Shown here: positions 24,537 through 38,428 of the stretch, one piece after another
Layout: the number at the start of each line of letters is the position of its first letter
Position numbering within the stretch: position 1 is the first letter of the stretch
Assembly (NCBI GenBank): GCA_002633005.1
Contig: NMRA01000779.1
Coordinates: forward strand, 1 to 64,000
Direction: 5' to 3'
Source: Phoronis australis
Taxonomy: Eukaryota; Animalia; Phoronida
DNA: 64,000 bases
The notes under the pieces: generated by a model
Seen by the model: the letters and a program-made list of their open reading frames with translations, nothing else
Databases searched by the model: none
Told to the model about the DNA's origin: nothing
Program-made: the position numbers and the translations under genes

Positions 24537-26263
24537 GTGTCACTCCCACTGCAATTAACCACACAATGAGTCAGCCAACTGTGACCACAGATGTTGTCAT
24601 ATCAACTACTACAAACACCATTGAGGAGCCTGAGAGAATGGTGCCCTTGTGTCGAAGTATGAGCGACAGTGACGGAGCTGTTTTGGGTCAATATACCCGC
24701 TTACAACCTAGGCAACGCGAAAGCTTGTCAACAGTCACCGTGGAGACCATCCTGTCACCCAGTACCGATGGCAACGATGTAGTACCAGCAGCAACCGTGA
24801 ATGCCAACAAAAAAGAGAATGTCAATCTGAAGTACGAGATGGCCCAGAAAGCAATTCAGCCGCATCAGGGGCGCAACCCTACAGTGGAGAGGAATACACA
24901 CAGGGGGAGTGAGGAGGAGTTGGCTGTGTTCGACAACACGCTGATGGATGCCAAGATGGCTGCCAAACAGCAGGCAGAGCGGGAGAGACAACGAGAGCAG
25001 TTGGTGCATGAGCAGGAGGCAGAGGAGCAAAGAGATGGGAGTCACAGGAACATGCGTGGGGCTGAGGGGGGGCTGGCTGAACCCGTCAATGTCTTCCGGA
25101 ATACGCCTATACCGTATGTACAGAACCGGGTGCACGAACCCAGTGTAGCAGTTGTGCGACCCAAGGTGTCTAATGTTCCAGGTAATGGTTCTCANCAGGG
25201 GCGCAACCCTACAGTGGAGAGGAATACACACAAGGGGAGTGAGGAGGAGTTGGCTGTGTTCGACAACACGCTGATGGACGCCAAGATGGCTGCCAAACAG
25301 CAGGCAGAGCGGGAGAGACAACGAGAGCAGTTGGTGCATGAGCAGGAGGCAGAGGAGCAAAGAGATGGGAGTCACAGGAACATGCGTGGGGCTGAGGGGG
25401 GGCTGGCTGAACCCGTCAATGTCTTCCGGAATACGCCTATACCGTATGTACAGAACCGGGTGCACGAACCCAGTGTAGCAGTTGTGCGACCCAAGGTGTC
25501 TAATGTTCCAGGTAATGGTTCTCACCATGCAGAGGAAGAGTCATGTTATGGTAAGCCACAGAACACAGACAAGAGTAAGAAACACAAGGACAAGCGGGGT
25601 ATCATGGGTATGTTGTCCAAGAACCTTAAATCATTTGGCAATCATTTTCATAGTGGCAGTTTGGATGACATGACATCGTCAGCTACTCATCACTATGATG
25701 TTGAGTCAGGAACTGGTGCAAAATGTAGTGTTGCTCCTGAAGAACGGAGACCTCTATTAACTGAGGTCTGTGTTGTGAATGGTTCCCCTGTGGTTAGACC
25801 AGCCACGTTTGCTGTCAATCACATCGCAGTAACAGGGGAGTCAAAGTTAGGAATAGCTGAAGTAGGCGTGGCTAAGCTACAGCCCGCCCACCAGCCTGAT
25901 AGTTTGCCATTCAGGGTCAAAGAGCGCAATAACAGGGCTCAGAGTGAAACTGATCTCAGCCCGTCTGGTGCTGAGAAAGCTGTACGTCCAAATTCGCTTC
26001 GTCTAAGGGGACATAACTACCGTTCTGATCCTCAGCTAAATCGCAGTGACCAGAATTCAATGCAGTGTCAAGAGAGAGGTCAGCGTGGACAGAAAGCAGT
26101 TCAGAATCGTGGTGTGCGAAGACTGCCTGTCCATGGCTCATCACTGTCTGTGGAGTCAAACTCTAATAATGGACTCAACCGGAACAGGGGAGGACAGCAT
26201 GCTAACAGCAACTCACATGGAACCGAAATGAACCTGTTGAATGTTACTGAGCCCGCCTTTTGA
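24537..26263 (+). CDS. BMPR2: BMPR2 last exon: long cytoplasmic tail (contains a 330-bp duplication joined by an N)
   Basis: catgacag|GT GTC..., phase 1, open to TGA 26263. Contains the QPHQGRNPTVERN (Wit-type) and RPNSL motifs. The nine exons sum to an intact frame. Confidence 0.88.
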
Positions 26264-27524
26264 TTGGCTGATTTTAGAAGGAAAGCAAACATGAAAGCAA
26301 TTGTTTTAGTGAAGTAGTTATTAATATGCATTTAGTGATGTTAGTTGGGCTGTGGGTCTTCTTTAAACGCGCATTGAAAGCATTTGGTATAATTGTGATA
26401 CACCGATTGTAATGGCTTGTGATAATTGAACCATGTGAAGTTTCCCAGTGATTATGACTTTGTAAACTGGCATTCTTCCCAATGACCTTGACACTAGAAC
26501 ACACATGTCATGAAATGGTCTTAGTTGACCCTTTGTGTCTGTAGGTTCAACTATACTTCCACTTTGCTCTTAAGTATTGCATTTTTTTAGTTCTGGCTAG
26601 TGTGTCTCAGATGACCAACAAGTGTGTGGTGAGGCATATCACCCTGGAGGTAGAGACATGTCACCCTGCAGGTAGACGTCTTACTGCCGGTCACCGTTGA
26701 ATAGCTAAGGAATAGTTCGTCAAAATGTTAAGTGAACTCAGTTGAATCAGTGCTAATCTGTTAATCATTGCATCAGGTGTATGTTAGCCACAGCTACATG
26801 GACAGTACTCTGTGTAGACACCTCTTTACAGTACTTAGTCTGAGCTGTTTGTTGACAGTTCAGACTTAAATGAATGTCTTACCTGTCGCAGGACACAGTT
26901 CTGGCACACAGTGAATATTGACATTTTTACAATTAGGAGTTTGCTCAATATCAATCGTCAACGCGACCTGTTGGCTGGATATATTTTCATTGGTTGGTAT
27001 CATTCTACTTTAGATCACAGGTATCCCACAATGCATTGCAATGTGATAAATCTGTCTTGTAGTGTCAATAGGGGTGTTTTAAATAGGTTAGAAACTGGTT
27101 CTTAACAATTTTTCGAACATGTTGTCTTGAAGTTGATGGGATATAGTGCGCTATGCTTTGTTTCTCAACTTCAAGTATATTATGATTCTGTAAGTCTAGA
27201 CTGGTTTGCACAGGATGTAACTGGTGACACCTTTGGTGCTTTTTGGTTAGCAGTGTATGTCCAGTGTTCATTTTAACTATGTTGTAGATGAATGTTAGAA
27301 TTTAATGTGTAAGTTTCAAAAATCTGTTGACACTGTTAGTATCAGTGTATGTTGATAGGTGGTGTTACTGAATGGTGCCAAATGTACACTTAATGGTTTT
27401 AAATGATTCTTCCCATGATGGTGTCCTTTGTGTAACAGTTAGTATTGATTGAATGCTACAGGTGGCGCTAAGTACGTGATTGTACCTGGTGTGATCTGGT
27501 GTAGCACGTTCATGCATCTTGTGT

Positions 27525-27711
27525 GTTCTGTTGGAGGTACACAGTGGTAAATCTGGTTACCATGCCAGGGTTCTGTTGGAGGTACAGAGTGGTAAATCTG
27601 GTTACCATTCGAGGGTTCTGTTGGAGGTACACAGTGGTAAATCTGGTTACCATGCCAGGGTTCTGTTGGAGGTACAGAGTGGTAAATCTGGTTATCATTC
27701 GAGGGTTCTGT
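27525..27711. repeat. ~40-bp tandem repeat (gttctgttggaggtacacagtggtaaatctggttaccatgccagg-like)
   Basis: 4-5 alternating copies. Confidence 0.85.
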
Positions 27712-30440
27712 AGATGCGAGAAAATTGCGAAAACAAGTGGCCACGGAAGACTTCGTAAAACCTCTCCATGTTTTACAAGCAAAGCATGTGGTCACGCTTG
27801 CTTNCATTCGAGGGTTCTGTAGATGCGAGAACATTGCGAAAACAAGTGGCCACGGAAGACTTTGTAAAACCTCTCCATGTTTTACAAGCAGAGCATGTGG
27901 TCACGCTTGCTTCCTTCGTGAAGTTCCAGCATTTCCAGAACTCGGCCATCTCGTTACTGAGCCCTCCTTCATTGAGAGGTCAAAGTTGAAAACTAAATGT
28001 TGACGAAGTTGGGAACCAGTTTCCACAGTTGTGTAGTTAGTAGAAGATTTGGCAATGAATCTGCAATTGGGGGTATTAATTATCATATTATTGCCACTTT
28101 CCCAACTGGGTGACTGCTGCCTTCCCTAGTCAGATGAGCCATGGGCGGGGTAGATGGACATCGTGGCCAGGAAGTCGCGGCTTGATCTATATGTAGTTTT
28201 TCCATACATCCTGTATGCATGTTAGGCACAGACCAATTAATAACTATCCATACCTTTGCCACTGTCTATATTTGACAGGCATCGCAACAAAACCACAAAT
28301 CACGCTGGAGCTGCCTGCTTGCAGGCGCGTGCGTTGGTAGCTACAGCTCACGTGGCGGTCAAGCCAATACAGATAAAAAAGTGTCAATTTTATCACAATT
28401 TTCCATGGAAATTCTTCTCATCGAAGGTTTCCATTTTCATCGTTATCCGGTCATATCTTTTATCGCTAAACAGTCTTATCTGAGTTTTTAAACTTATACT
28501 TCTATACAGTACCGAGAACTGATGTTTTCATATGATACTGAGAACATTGGATGGAGTTTTGTTTTTAGTAAAGCTCTGTTCACTTCATGAACACTACTCA
28601 ATATTTGGTGCGCGATTGTCTCTGTATCGTTTAACCATGCATGCTGTAATTGCCGAATATATGGCTATTATGTAACATGTAGCTGGTCAGTGTCATATGT
28701 TAACTGCTCTGCACTCTTCACATATTGTGCTTCTTCATCATTATATTTGTACCGTAGTTTCCTTGTGCCTGTGTTGTACTCGTATATTTGTACCGTAGTT
28801 TCATTGTGCCTGTGTTTAACACCATATGTTTTTATTGTCTGCAATAAAATTGCATCGTACGTACTTCACTGCTCTATCAGATGTCATCAAACGATTTAGG
28901 CCAAAAAGCGCAAATAGTTCCGAGCAATTGGAGTACTACCTGTATGTTTATTTGGATTGGATAGGATACGATCATGTAGTAAACAGTAATCACTTGGCAG
29001 GGCTGTAACGGGGATTTTTCCGCCAGGAGGCGCACGGCTCCTTGACGTGCCCCTCAGACGGCGGGCGGGGTTTTGTAGGCTACGTTTCATTGGAAAGGGT
29101 GCCTTACTGAACTTAGACCAGCTTTTGAATCGGATAGAAAAGCCGGACCTGTTGCAACAGAATTATACAGAAGGATTTTAGTAAATTGTCCAGGTACTTG
29201 AATAGCATGTTCAGTACCGGTGATGAAGTGTCGTAGACAGTTTTAACCCCCCACGAACTAGTGTTATGGGAATTAGATATCTGATCCGTTTTAAACGTGC
29301 TTATTCTGTTAATGGTTGATGTGTCTTTCCCACTCTTAACGGGGTCCAAATTTCTCTGAGCAGCTTGCTAGGTTTGTGTCACGTACGGGCGGGCGTAGAC
29401 TGTAGTTCCATATGGCAGACACAACAAACTTTTCTGGCTGATGATTGGTCATCATCACGCCTAGCAAGGCAAGGAAGGCTGCCTCCCTGGCAACCAGATG
29501 CATGTGTAGACTAGACTAGTTTCCGTTAATTAACGGCAGCACATTTATTACTTCGTACTGTCACGGTCCGCCTGAGAGAGAGAGGGAGGGAGGGAGAGCG
29601 GAGAGAGAGAGAGAGGAGAGAGAGGGGGTCTTCTTCAGGCTCATTCACTACACGGAAGTCCCTGTTACAGGAAATTATTGGTGTTCACAAAAACATCGAT
29701 GCCTCTCACAGTGCAGGGACCGCTGGTCCTCATGTGATAAGACAACGGACAAGCAATATTGTACCATAGTGAATTAGTGAAGGAACTCCATTATAGCAGA
29801 GTGGATAATTTTACAGAAAATCAGTACGCTTAATGTCTCGTGTTTTGAGTCAAACCAGGACCACCAGAACGACGACTGGGCGGGTTACGTAGGCAGTCGC
29901 CAAGGCGTAGTATAGTTGTCTGGCAAATTTTTATCCATTTTCCATTTGCGTAGGCTTGAAAAATAATATCGCCTATGGACATTATAACAACAGATACATG
30001 AATTTACGAGTATGAAGCACTGACGTCATTCTGGTGTCAAATTCATCATCCCGGTTTGCCAACCGAACCGAGCGATCCCTCTGAGTGAAGGAAACGTGCA
30101 TCTGAATTGGCCTACCACGTCTGCACCTGCTGCTGTAAGTCCTGTCAACCAAGTTTTACCACTCACTGTAGTTACAGTACGTTATCAAATTGTGCGTCAT
30201 GCAGTGTGTAGTAATTCCGGCTTCGCCTAATTCAGACGACAGGTTCTAGCCAGTTAAAGAGGCGATCACCAAACACCGTTTTGATGATTTCGACAATCCT
30301 ATCACTTGCTATTGGCGTCAACCTTGCAACTTAAGACAGCAAGGCCGCGACTAAGATGCGTAGGTCATGCTCGCAGGTTTAATTAATAGACTTGAAAGGA
30401 GTTTTCCAATTTTTTTAGCCGAACTGTTCAGGGCTGTCAA

Positions 30441-30589
30441 CAGTGCTGTAGCGGTAAAATTAGAGGTAAGTCCACCGTATCACCTTGAGCACTGAACGTA
30501 ACTTACGGTGCGTAGGCGCTATACGTTCAAAGAGTTGGCTGGGCCCGTTTACGTGCGCCTACGCGGCCCCACGCACGGTTACAGCACTG
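30441..30589. mobile_element. hAT-type MITE with 8-bp TSD
   Basis: TIR CAGTGCTGTA; GCTGTCAA at 30433-30440 and 30590-30597. Confidence 0.85.
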
Positions 30590-31265
30590 GCTGTCAAGGG
30601 TTAATTACAGAGCATTATTTTGCTTTAGAGAACTGGATGGGAAAGTCGTTTAGTTAATAAGCCAAAACCGGGTTTGGTATCCAGTTAACTCGCCGCCCGA
30701 AGTCACGCCGTGAGGCGACGCCGCTCAAGTGACTGTGAGTGAGTTCACTGACTTGGTCCGAGTCAGCCATATGGCCGGTGAATATATTCATTTTATTTAT
30801 AAATGACGTACCGTCATCGTTTAATTTAATGTCCGGAACCCAGTGCTCCTGGGCACATGGTCTATAGGCGGTGTACCACACTGCAGCTGGGCTGTAGTGG
30901 GCTATCATCAAGCCCGGCCCCACTTTTCAGTCCGTCTGCGCGCCGCCCAGCTCAGTACTAGCTCAGTCATGCCGGCCGGGCGGAATGGCCTCGTCCTGTG
31001 GTAAAGTGGAATGTGCAGTTGACCAGAGTCCGCACTAGCGGGCTCGGTATCTCAGCAGTGAGTAGAACCGGCACGGGCCGCCGAGACGGCTGGCGCCGGC
31101 ACGGCGGCCGCCCCACGCCGCCGCACTAAGGCAGGGCTGCCGCGGGCCGCCCGACAGTCAGCGGTCTCCGTGGAAGTTATGCGAGTTCAATTACTGTGTT
31201 TAGAATTTCTAGAATCTCTTCTGTAATGTAAAATAAGCTGGACATGAAGGAGGAATTGTCGTTTA

Positions 31266-31443
31266 CAGGGGCGGATCCCGCCAGGATTTTGAGTTGGGGG
31301 CCGGGGCCCGGCCCGGCGGCCAGAGTGGCATGATTAGCCAGGATTTTGCCCGTCAGATATTCGCACCCCCGTACTGCCAAATGGACTCTGGGAGAATTTT
31401 AGGGGGGCATGGCCCCCTTGGCCCCCCTCTAAATCCGCCACTG
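31266..31443. mobile_element. GC-rich MITE (CAGGGGCGGAT...ATCCGCCACTG) with 5-bp TSD GTTTA
   Basis: TIRs and TSD visible; a related copy lies at ~52100-52263. Confidence 0.8.
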
Positions 31444-31564
31444 GTTTAGATAACGTTGGGCGTCTCAAGCAGCGGCGACTCACCACCGTCCGGCTACAGT
31501 TGGTTGGAGTATTCACGGTGATCGTGAAGCGTGTCACCTATCGGGGATCTCCTTCTTCAGCATG

Positions 31565-31710
31565 TGACGTCATTGACAAGATTGGCTCGCTGCTATTGGT
31601 TAACTATTTTTAGCAACAAACAGTGGTATATAATATATGGGGAGCCGATCGGATTCAATTGTGGATCAGAGCGACTGTGCCGGGAACCGTTGTGTAGATT
31701 ATCTGAGGGT
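31565..31710 (+). promoter_or_regulatory. Candidate core promoter and non-coding first exon of the RhoBTB gene
   Basis: CRE TGACGTCA 31565-31572; reverse CCAAT boxes at 31581 and 31595; TATATAA 31627-31633; donor GG|GTAAGT at 31709; acceptor at 32259 just before the ATG. Confidence 0.6.
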
Positions 31711-32272
31711 AAGTTTGATGATTCTGAAGAAAACTACGGTTATTTAGAATTCTGGGAAACGCTTCTCGCAGTCGGAGCTGATCAGCTGCCCATTGTCTCT
31801 TCTAATGCAGCGTACATGCAGTCTAGACAAAAAACGTACTCAGCTAGCTGATTAGTCATTTAGCTCTGCATGAATGAACCAACATTCAGGCGTGAAACAA
31901 TCTTGTCTTAGTTGCTACAAAAAAGCCCTTTCGGACGTCATGCCGTAGAACTCTCATTCAAAACAAGTTGTAACCATTTTGATAACTATCGACCGGTACG
32001 TAGGTCCACTTAGAAGTATGGCAGTCACGCCCGGAGTATAGGGCCCAACTAGGCAAAGCTGCAGTGGGAGAAATTTACTGACACCAGTTTAATATGGTCC
32101 ACTATAGCTATTTAAACTGGATGCGTCATAAAAGTGAAGTATAGGCGCATTGCATTAGGGAATGGTTAAAAGACCAACGCATTAAGTTGATCTCGGAAGA
32201 AGCATGTATTTATTGACTGGTTTGATACTCCAGCCGCATTGCGCCTTCTTTTGTTCCAGATAAACTACTGAG

Positions 32273-32455
32273 ATGAAGAACATAAAGTTATTGGTGGTTG
32301 GGGACGGAGGGGTCGGTAAAAGTTGCCTGCTTATCTCGTATACTACGAATTCCTTCCCGGGTGACTACATCCCTACTGTGTTCGATAACTACTCTGCTAA
32401 TGTAATAGTCGACGGTAAACCGTTCTGCGTAGGACTGTGGGACACTGCCGGACAG
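32273..32455 (+). CDS. RhoBTB/RacA-like GTPase, coding exon 1 (G1-G3)
   Basis: [40 protein letters not shown]...LWDTAGQ|gtggga. Confidence 0.95.
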
Positions 32456-32750
32456 GTGGGACAGGCTTAATTGTTGAAGGTTATTTAATGAGCAAGAGAA
32501 CAACACGGTATCGCTAGGATTAAATTGAGCTTAAACTTGTTGACAATCTTATATCACGTAATAAATTCAGTTAAAAAACAGTTGGACCACCCGGCTGCAA
32601 GTCTTTTTGGTCGAGTTTTCTGCTTATGGAAATACAAAAGTCAGGTTGTCGTCAGTACCTTCCATCAGTTTCCGCAAGTTTTTCACTAGTTGATCAGATG
32701 TGTTCTACTAAGGTTTATCATCCGGTTGTTTCTCATCTTGTATCTGACAG

Positions 32751-32919
32751 GAAGATTACGATCGTCTGCGGCCCCTCTCATATCCAGCAACTGACATTGT
32801 TCTGGTATGCTTCGATGTCACAAGTTTTGACTCGTTTTCGAACGTAGAGGAAAAGTGGATTCCCGAACTGAATCACTTCATTCCTGAAGTACCGAAAATT
32901 TTGGTCGGATGCAAACAAG
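32751..32919 (+). CDS. RhoBTB/RacA-like exon 2 (switch II, G4)
   Basis: ctgacag|[15 protein letters not shown]...KWIPEL...ILVGCKQ|gtaaac. Confidence 0.95.
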
Positions 32920-34379
32920 GTAAACACCTACTGTAGGCCTACAACGCGTAAATACGTTAATCTTGGATTGTAAATTCAAATAGATGTCATTATGACTTTT
33001 GCGTTTTTCTACTGAGCGTTTCCTTTGTCTACTGATACGTCTTAGCCAGCAGGTGGTCAGTTTCATGGTTTTGCCAGCCAGAAAAAATAATTGCTGACTC
33101 TGACCAATGGTTGCGAGATTATATGGGGCGTCGTGGGAGACCATTTCCAACCTATAGGTGAAAAAAAGGTTCAGTCACGCACCTCCATCAAACTAAGAAT
33201 ATTCGCGGAACTGAGTTAATAAAAGGTGAAATGGCACGCAACAGGCTTCGATCTTTTAACAGAATAAAACTTGAATTTCCATAAGCCTGACGTCAATTTT
33301 GATTTCTTGACCTTTGCTCAACGATAAATATGGAATCATTGCCATATTCCATATTCCAAATAAGGGCATTTCAATGAGATTGTTAGTTTTCGATTGACGT
33401 ACACTGGGTCGCGATTACTAATTATCGTAAGACAACAACTGTGTTTCATAACAGAATATACGGAACTTTGAGTTGTATTCTACCTCAGCGGTTGCCGTGG
33501 CTTGTAAGGGAAGTACAGTTAAGACACGGAATTTTATCCATCTGTTTGAAATATCCTAATCTATTCTATAATTTCGATTTTTGTTCTTGCCCTTTATAAT
33601 TTGAAGGGACTATCGAGTCAAAGCATGCGCGGCGGATACCAGCACTTCGACCAATCAGATGATTGAACAAAACACAACAAAAACAGATGGATTATTTACA
33701 TAACCCGGTACAGTCCATATTTTCAAAGATGATCTAGGCTGTATTGAGCGTCTGAGTCTACCCTATCCAATGTGTTGTAATAATACAAAGTACTATTAAA
33801 GTAGGGAGTAATTGACTAATGAAGCTTGTTGTGTTCAAGAAGTTACGTCATCGGAGCATGAATATTACTGGTTTTCAGTTTGACGTGGAATCGTTCAGTT
33901 TAGGCTTAATTAGTCGGCGGCCCTGGCTGGCGGCCCTGGCTGGCGGCCCTGGCTGGCGGCTGGCATGAAAGAGACTGACAAGTGAATTCTAAAAAGCAAT
34001 ACCTCGTTTTTGCTCATTTGTGTTTTTTACAAATGTATTAGCAAGGAACCCAACAAAATAAATGGAATACCACAGTTTAATATAGGTTATATTGTAATTA
34101 TAATTATGAAGAATGCGCGTACATTTTTGAGAACTAATGAGTAACGCTTATAATAATTTTCGTTCTTCTATTAAGTCATATAGTCCTACAATTTACCTGA
34201 GTTCGACTGGGAGGTAGCATACACCAGTACATTTGATGTTTACGAATTTGAGAATACAACTATATGTATTATTAGAAAACCATGTAACATGGGAAACCAA
34301 TTAGGTGTTGAAACCAGTTTTTGTTTCACAACATAGTTTTGTTCTCAAATAACAAAGATTCCCTTTTGCTTTGTTCAAG

Positions 34380-34522
34380 ACCTTCGTTGTACCGCCACCG
34401 ATCCAACAAGGCTGACTTCGTTCGAAGAAGGCAGAGGTCTAGCCAAGAAACTTAATTTGGTGGCCTACCGCGAGACGAGCGCCCTCACACAGCTGGGTGT
34501 AAAACAATGCTTCGAAGATGCG
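34380..34522 (+). CDS. RhoBTB/RacA-like exon 3 (G5)
   Basis: ttcaag|DLR...EEGRGLAKKL...YRETSALTQLGVKQCFEDA|gtagga. Confidence 0.92.
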
Positions 34523-35289
34523 GTAGGACTGTTTAAATATCACTATATACCATTTCACGTTTTCAAGTGTTTTCTGTTACCGTAACCGGGTTATACTGTG
34601 TCACTGTTCGATGACTTTACCTACTAGAAGTGACTCAACAGGAAGTGCCGTACCCCAAAGCGAACAAAGGCACATGTATCAAAATACTGACAGAGTTACA
34701 TTCAATGCACTTAACTCCACCCAAGGGCTCAGTTTTGTGGTAACAATTTTTCGATTGAGTACATTTCTAAACGAATGTTCTAAACCTTTGCTTTTACCAA
34801 GAAAATTCAGAAACACAGCTTATAGCAGCGTTCGTATTCTTAACCATGGTGGCAGCTTGTCGAATTCGGTCCAAACTTGTTTGATTACCTCCCCTGGCTC
34901 TCTCCAGATCTATCATGTAAGCCTCGTTACACAAATTCGGAATGTGCGAGAATGAATGAAGCAGAATCAGCCGGAATGAAACATTTTACAAAATTCGGGT
35001 GTGAATTCGGCAAACCATATTTTGCGGGCCACAAGACTGGACGCGGATGTTTGGAATGCAGTCAGAATACAGTTAGCAGTTTTAGAATGCACTTGGAAAA
35101 TCTCCGAGTATACGAAGAATATTCATACCTGCAACCTTCCGTCTCATTCCACCTCTGGCGTGAGTACACTTCAAACGCCACTGTGGACGTCTTCATACAT
35201 ATCGGAAAATTCCTCACTAAGTTACAAAGAAAAAATTTTGTCCGCCTTCTCGACGTCACTTGCTAATCACGCAATCGCAATGTTTTCAG

Positions 35290-35392
35290 ATTCGAGCCAC
35301 CATTTGTTCGGACGGTTCTCCCAGAGCAAAGGGTGGATTCTTCTCAAAAAGCAAGAAACCTCTGCCGCTGCCACCCGTGATGCCCCCTGCTG
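35290..35392 (+). CDS. RhoBTB/RacA-like exon 4 (proline-rich linker)
   Basis: ttttcag|IRATICSDGSPRAKGGFFSKSKKPLPLPPVMPPA|gtaaga. Confidence 0.9.
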
Positions 35393-35697
35393 GTAAGAGG
35401 TTCAATCGATTTGTAACATAGGGGCTGCCCCCTAGTTTGCACCCTTGTTTGCCTTTCAGCATGCAATTTAAGGTTACTCCGGGACTTATAAAATGGACCA
35501 CAGTTCGTTCTTCAAGGGCTGAACGCTTTAATCTTACATACCGAATGTTTCATTTCCGAAATAATCCCAACAATCGAGCAGGCCTCTCCTTAAAGTCTTT
35601 TTCACCACAAGTCACAACAATTACTTACCTGGCAGTTTGTAAAGGGAACAGAACAATTAATTCAGGTGGAAGACTGATTGTGCTACTGTATCCACAG

Positions 35698-35888
35698 GGA
35701 AAGCTCCTTGGATTGAAATAGAGACCGCGTCGTTTGCTGACCACTGGTTGAAAGCGCTGCAAAACCCGAAACACACGGACATGTGTTTTCAGCTTGAAGA
35801 CGGACAACGTCTACTGGCACACAAGATTGTCATTTGCAGTGCCTCAAAGTACTTCGCACAAGTTCTGGGAGTTGAAACGGATGAGGGG
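35698..35888 (+). CDS. RhoBTB/RacA-like exon 5 (BTB1 start)
   Basis: ccacag|GKAPWIEI...HTDMCFQL...LLAHKIVICSASKYF|gtaaga. Confidence 0.92.
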
Positions 35889-36287
35889 GTAAGAAAATGA
35901 CATGTTATAAAGTCAAGCAAAGGTCTGGCTGGCTAAGAACATAGTTGTCCTTGTGCCTGCCTGTCTGTCTGCCTTCGTTTCAGTTAACCAATCACCCATC
36001 TTCACAGACGTATTTCAACAGTGTGTATGTATTTTGAAGTTATCTGCCCAGAAACGACGAAGGTGCATAGCGGCGTTTTTGCATTTGCGACAATCACCTA
36101 CAAAATTATTTTGCTGTGCAAAAGATGACAAATAAGTTGCAGGGATAAACAGATTTGCACACGCATTGCATATTATGCCAACGTCTTTCCTGGAAACGCA
36201 TTCGTCTACGTAGGTGTACAGTGAGAGCTATGAAACATTTGTTATTTGCCAAGATGTTACTCAAGTCGTGTTTGTTATTTCCTGTAG

Positions 36288-36477
36288 ATCAACCAGTTAA
36301 AATCCTTTCAAAACACCACCACTAATCGAGCCAGCATCAACGAGGGAAAGTGCGAGGGTCTGTCTGCTATTTTCGACGAGTTCGACGACCAATCGGGAAA
36401 GAGTATCTCGGTCATTCAACTAAGTGCCGCCATCACGTCACGTGCTGTGGTTCACCTACTTGAGTTCCTGTACACAG
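36288..36477 (+). CDS. RhoBTB/RacA-like exon 6 (BTB1 insertion and end)
   Basis: cctgtag|INQL...AVVHLLEFLYT|gtacta. Confidence 0.9.
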
Positions 36478-36558
36478 GTACTAGTTTCGTGCTATGTAAA
36501 ATGTTGTAAACCTTTATAAGTTTTTTATCAGGGATGAATTCAAAATAATGTCCATGAC

Positions 36559-36813
36559 CATGCGCGCACCCAGCCTTCAATGTGGGGGGGGGGCTCGAAT
36601 TCCTGGCGATATGGACCTTTTGGTAACAAAAAAAGCGGGTGGACTAACAAAAAAAAAACGGGGTCACCACTGTGAATTGCGCGTTTGTGCTTGTTTAGTG
36701 GACTTTTGTCTCATTTTCTTGGACTTTTTGTTTCTCAGAGTCGGACCTTTTTGCCCACTTCGCCAAATTTGGGGGCTCCTTCGAGCCCCCCGAGCCCCCT
36801 GGGTGCGCGCATG
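36559..36813. mobile_element. MITE with 15-bp TIR CATGCGCGCACCCAG and 5-bp TSD ATGAC
   Basis: Perfect TIR; ATGAC at 36554-36558 and 36814-36818. Confidence 0.85.
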
Positions 36814-37042
36814 ATGACGTCACTCAAATTTCCGCCATGCGTTTTACAGGGAGCTTAGTCGTATAAAATGCAGATCAAGCAAAAATCAGTAAGGGTTAGT
36901 TCTACGGTAGTCAACTATTTGTCACTATTTTGGAAACTCAACTCAGTACTGTTCTGTCGTAATTGGAACACACATGCGCAAAATTATGCATTGGCGCCAT
37001 GTATGTGCAACACTTTCACTTTGATTCCAATGTGTTTTGAAG

Positions 37043-37273
37043 GTCAACCTGATTTCCAAGAAACACCATCTGATGAAGTATTGGAAGACTTGAAGAACGT
37101 TTCCAAAACATTTCAACTTCCTCATTTAGAGACGATCTGCCGTAACATAGAGAAAGACGAAGACTTTCTAAATCCAAGCATTGGGACATTTTTGAACGAC
37201 GAGACTGCAAAGAGACTAAAACAACTCTTTCTCAACAAATCTTTGTATTCAGACATCACGTTTCAAATAGGAA
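37043..37273 (+). CDS. RhoBTB/RacA-like exon 7
   Basis: tttgaag|GQPD...FLNPSIGTFLNDETAKRLKQLFLNKSLYSDITFQIG|gtaagt. Confidence 0.92.
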
Positions 37274-37508
37274 GTAAGTAAATGATCACCTCAACTATGT
37301 ATGATACACATTTCTAAACAACACTCAACTAAAAAAGAGTGATAATACTGATACCGCAACTTCTCCCCATAGCGATATCATGGGCACGGAAACTGTATTT
37401 TGTCTCCGCTCTTTGACGTATTGTCTTGAGAAGTAACATGTCTTTTTTCTAAAGCAAATGTATAATGTCATATGTTGATGTAATACAAAATGATTGGTTG
37501 CCTTTCAG

Positions 37509-37858
37509 AATGCAAAATACACGCCCATAAAGTCATTCTTGCAACACGTTGTGAGGTAATGGCGGCCATGTTTTGCGGCCATTTTGCTGAAGGTAAAGGA
37601 GGGAGCAGTGCATGCACAGTTTCGCTCCCAGATGCCGAGCTTGACAACTTCTTGGCTCTCCTAGAGTATTTATATACCGACCATGCACCAATTGAAGAGG
37701 GTGATTCAGTGGGAATACTTTACACAGCGGATTTATACTGCCAGACACGACTCATTAATCTTTGCGAACTGTACATTTCAAAGGAAGTGGATCGGTCAGT
37801 TACAAAATGTATCGAAACATCACAGATTGACGTCATCGGACTCTTGCATCTAGCGCAG
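37509..37858 (+). CDS. RhoBTB/RacA-like exon 8 (BTB2)
   Basis: ctttcag|KCKIHAHKVILATRCEVMAAMF...LEYLYTDH...RLINLCE...LHLAQ|gtaacc. Confidence 0.95.
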
Positions 37859-38169
37859 GTAACCATTACAACTTCTACTTATTAGTATTGAATAGTTACT
37901 TAAGCTATTTACCTCTTCATTATAAAACGCTGGTTTTCCAGAAGTCTTGAATTACCGCGAACACACCCTTCGTTAATTTATGCATGCTTTAATAGTGTAC
38001 GTAAAGAATATCCTCATGTCCTGTTCTCACCACGCCTTCTTTTCGTTGGCTTTCAAGAGTGTCAGGTGACTGTGAAGTTTCTTCGATATCTATGAATCTA
38101 GATTTTTGCGATAACTTCAAAACCGGAAGATCGGCTAAATTTGGTTGTGTGAGGTTTAGACTTCGCAAA

Positions 38170-38428
38170 ATGACCTCTGTATTGGTATGACCTCTGTATT
38201 GGTATGACCTCTGTATTGGTATGACCTCTGTATTGGTATGACCTCTGTATTGGTATGACCTCTGTATTGGTATGACCTGTGTATTGGTATGACCTCTGTA
38301 TTGGTATGACCTCTGTATTGGTATGACCTCTGTATTGGTATGACCTCTGTATTGGTATGACCTCTGTATTGGTATGACCTCTGTATTGGTATGACCTCTG
38401 TATTGGTATGACCTCTGTATTGGTATGA
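38170..38428. repeat. 17-bp minisatellite (tgacctctgtattggta), ~15 copies
   Basis: Near-perfect array. Confidence 0.95.

Noticed and set aside
24755-25528. 257-aa minus-strand ORF
   Set aside because: Antisense shadow of the BMPR2 tail exon and its duplication.
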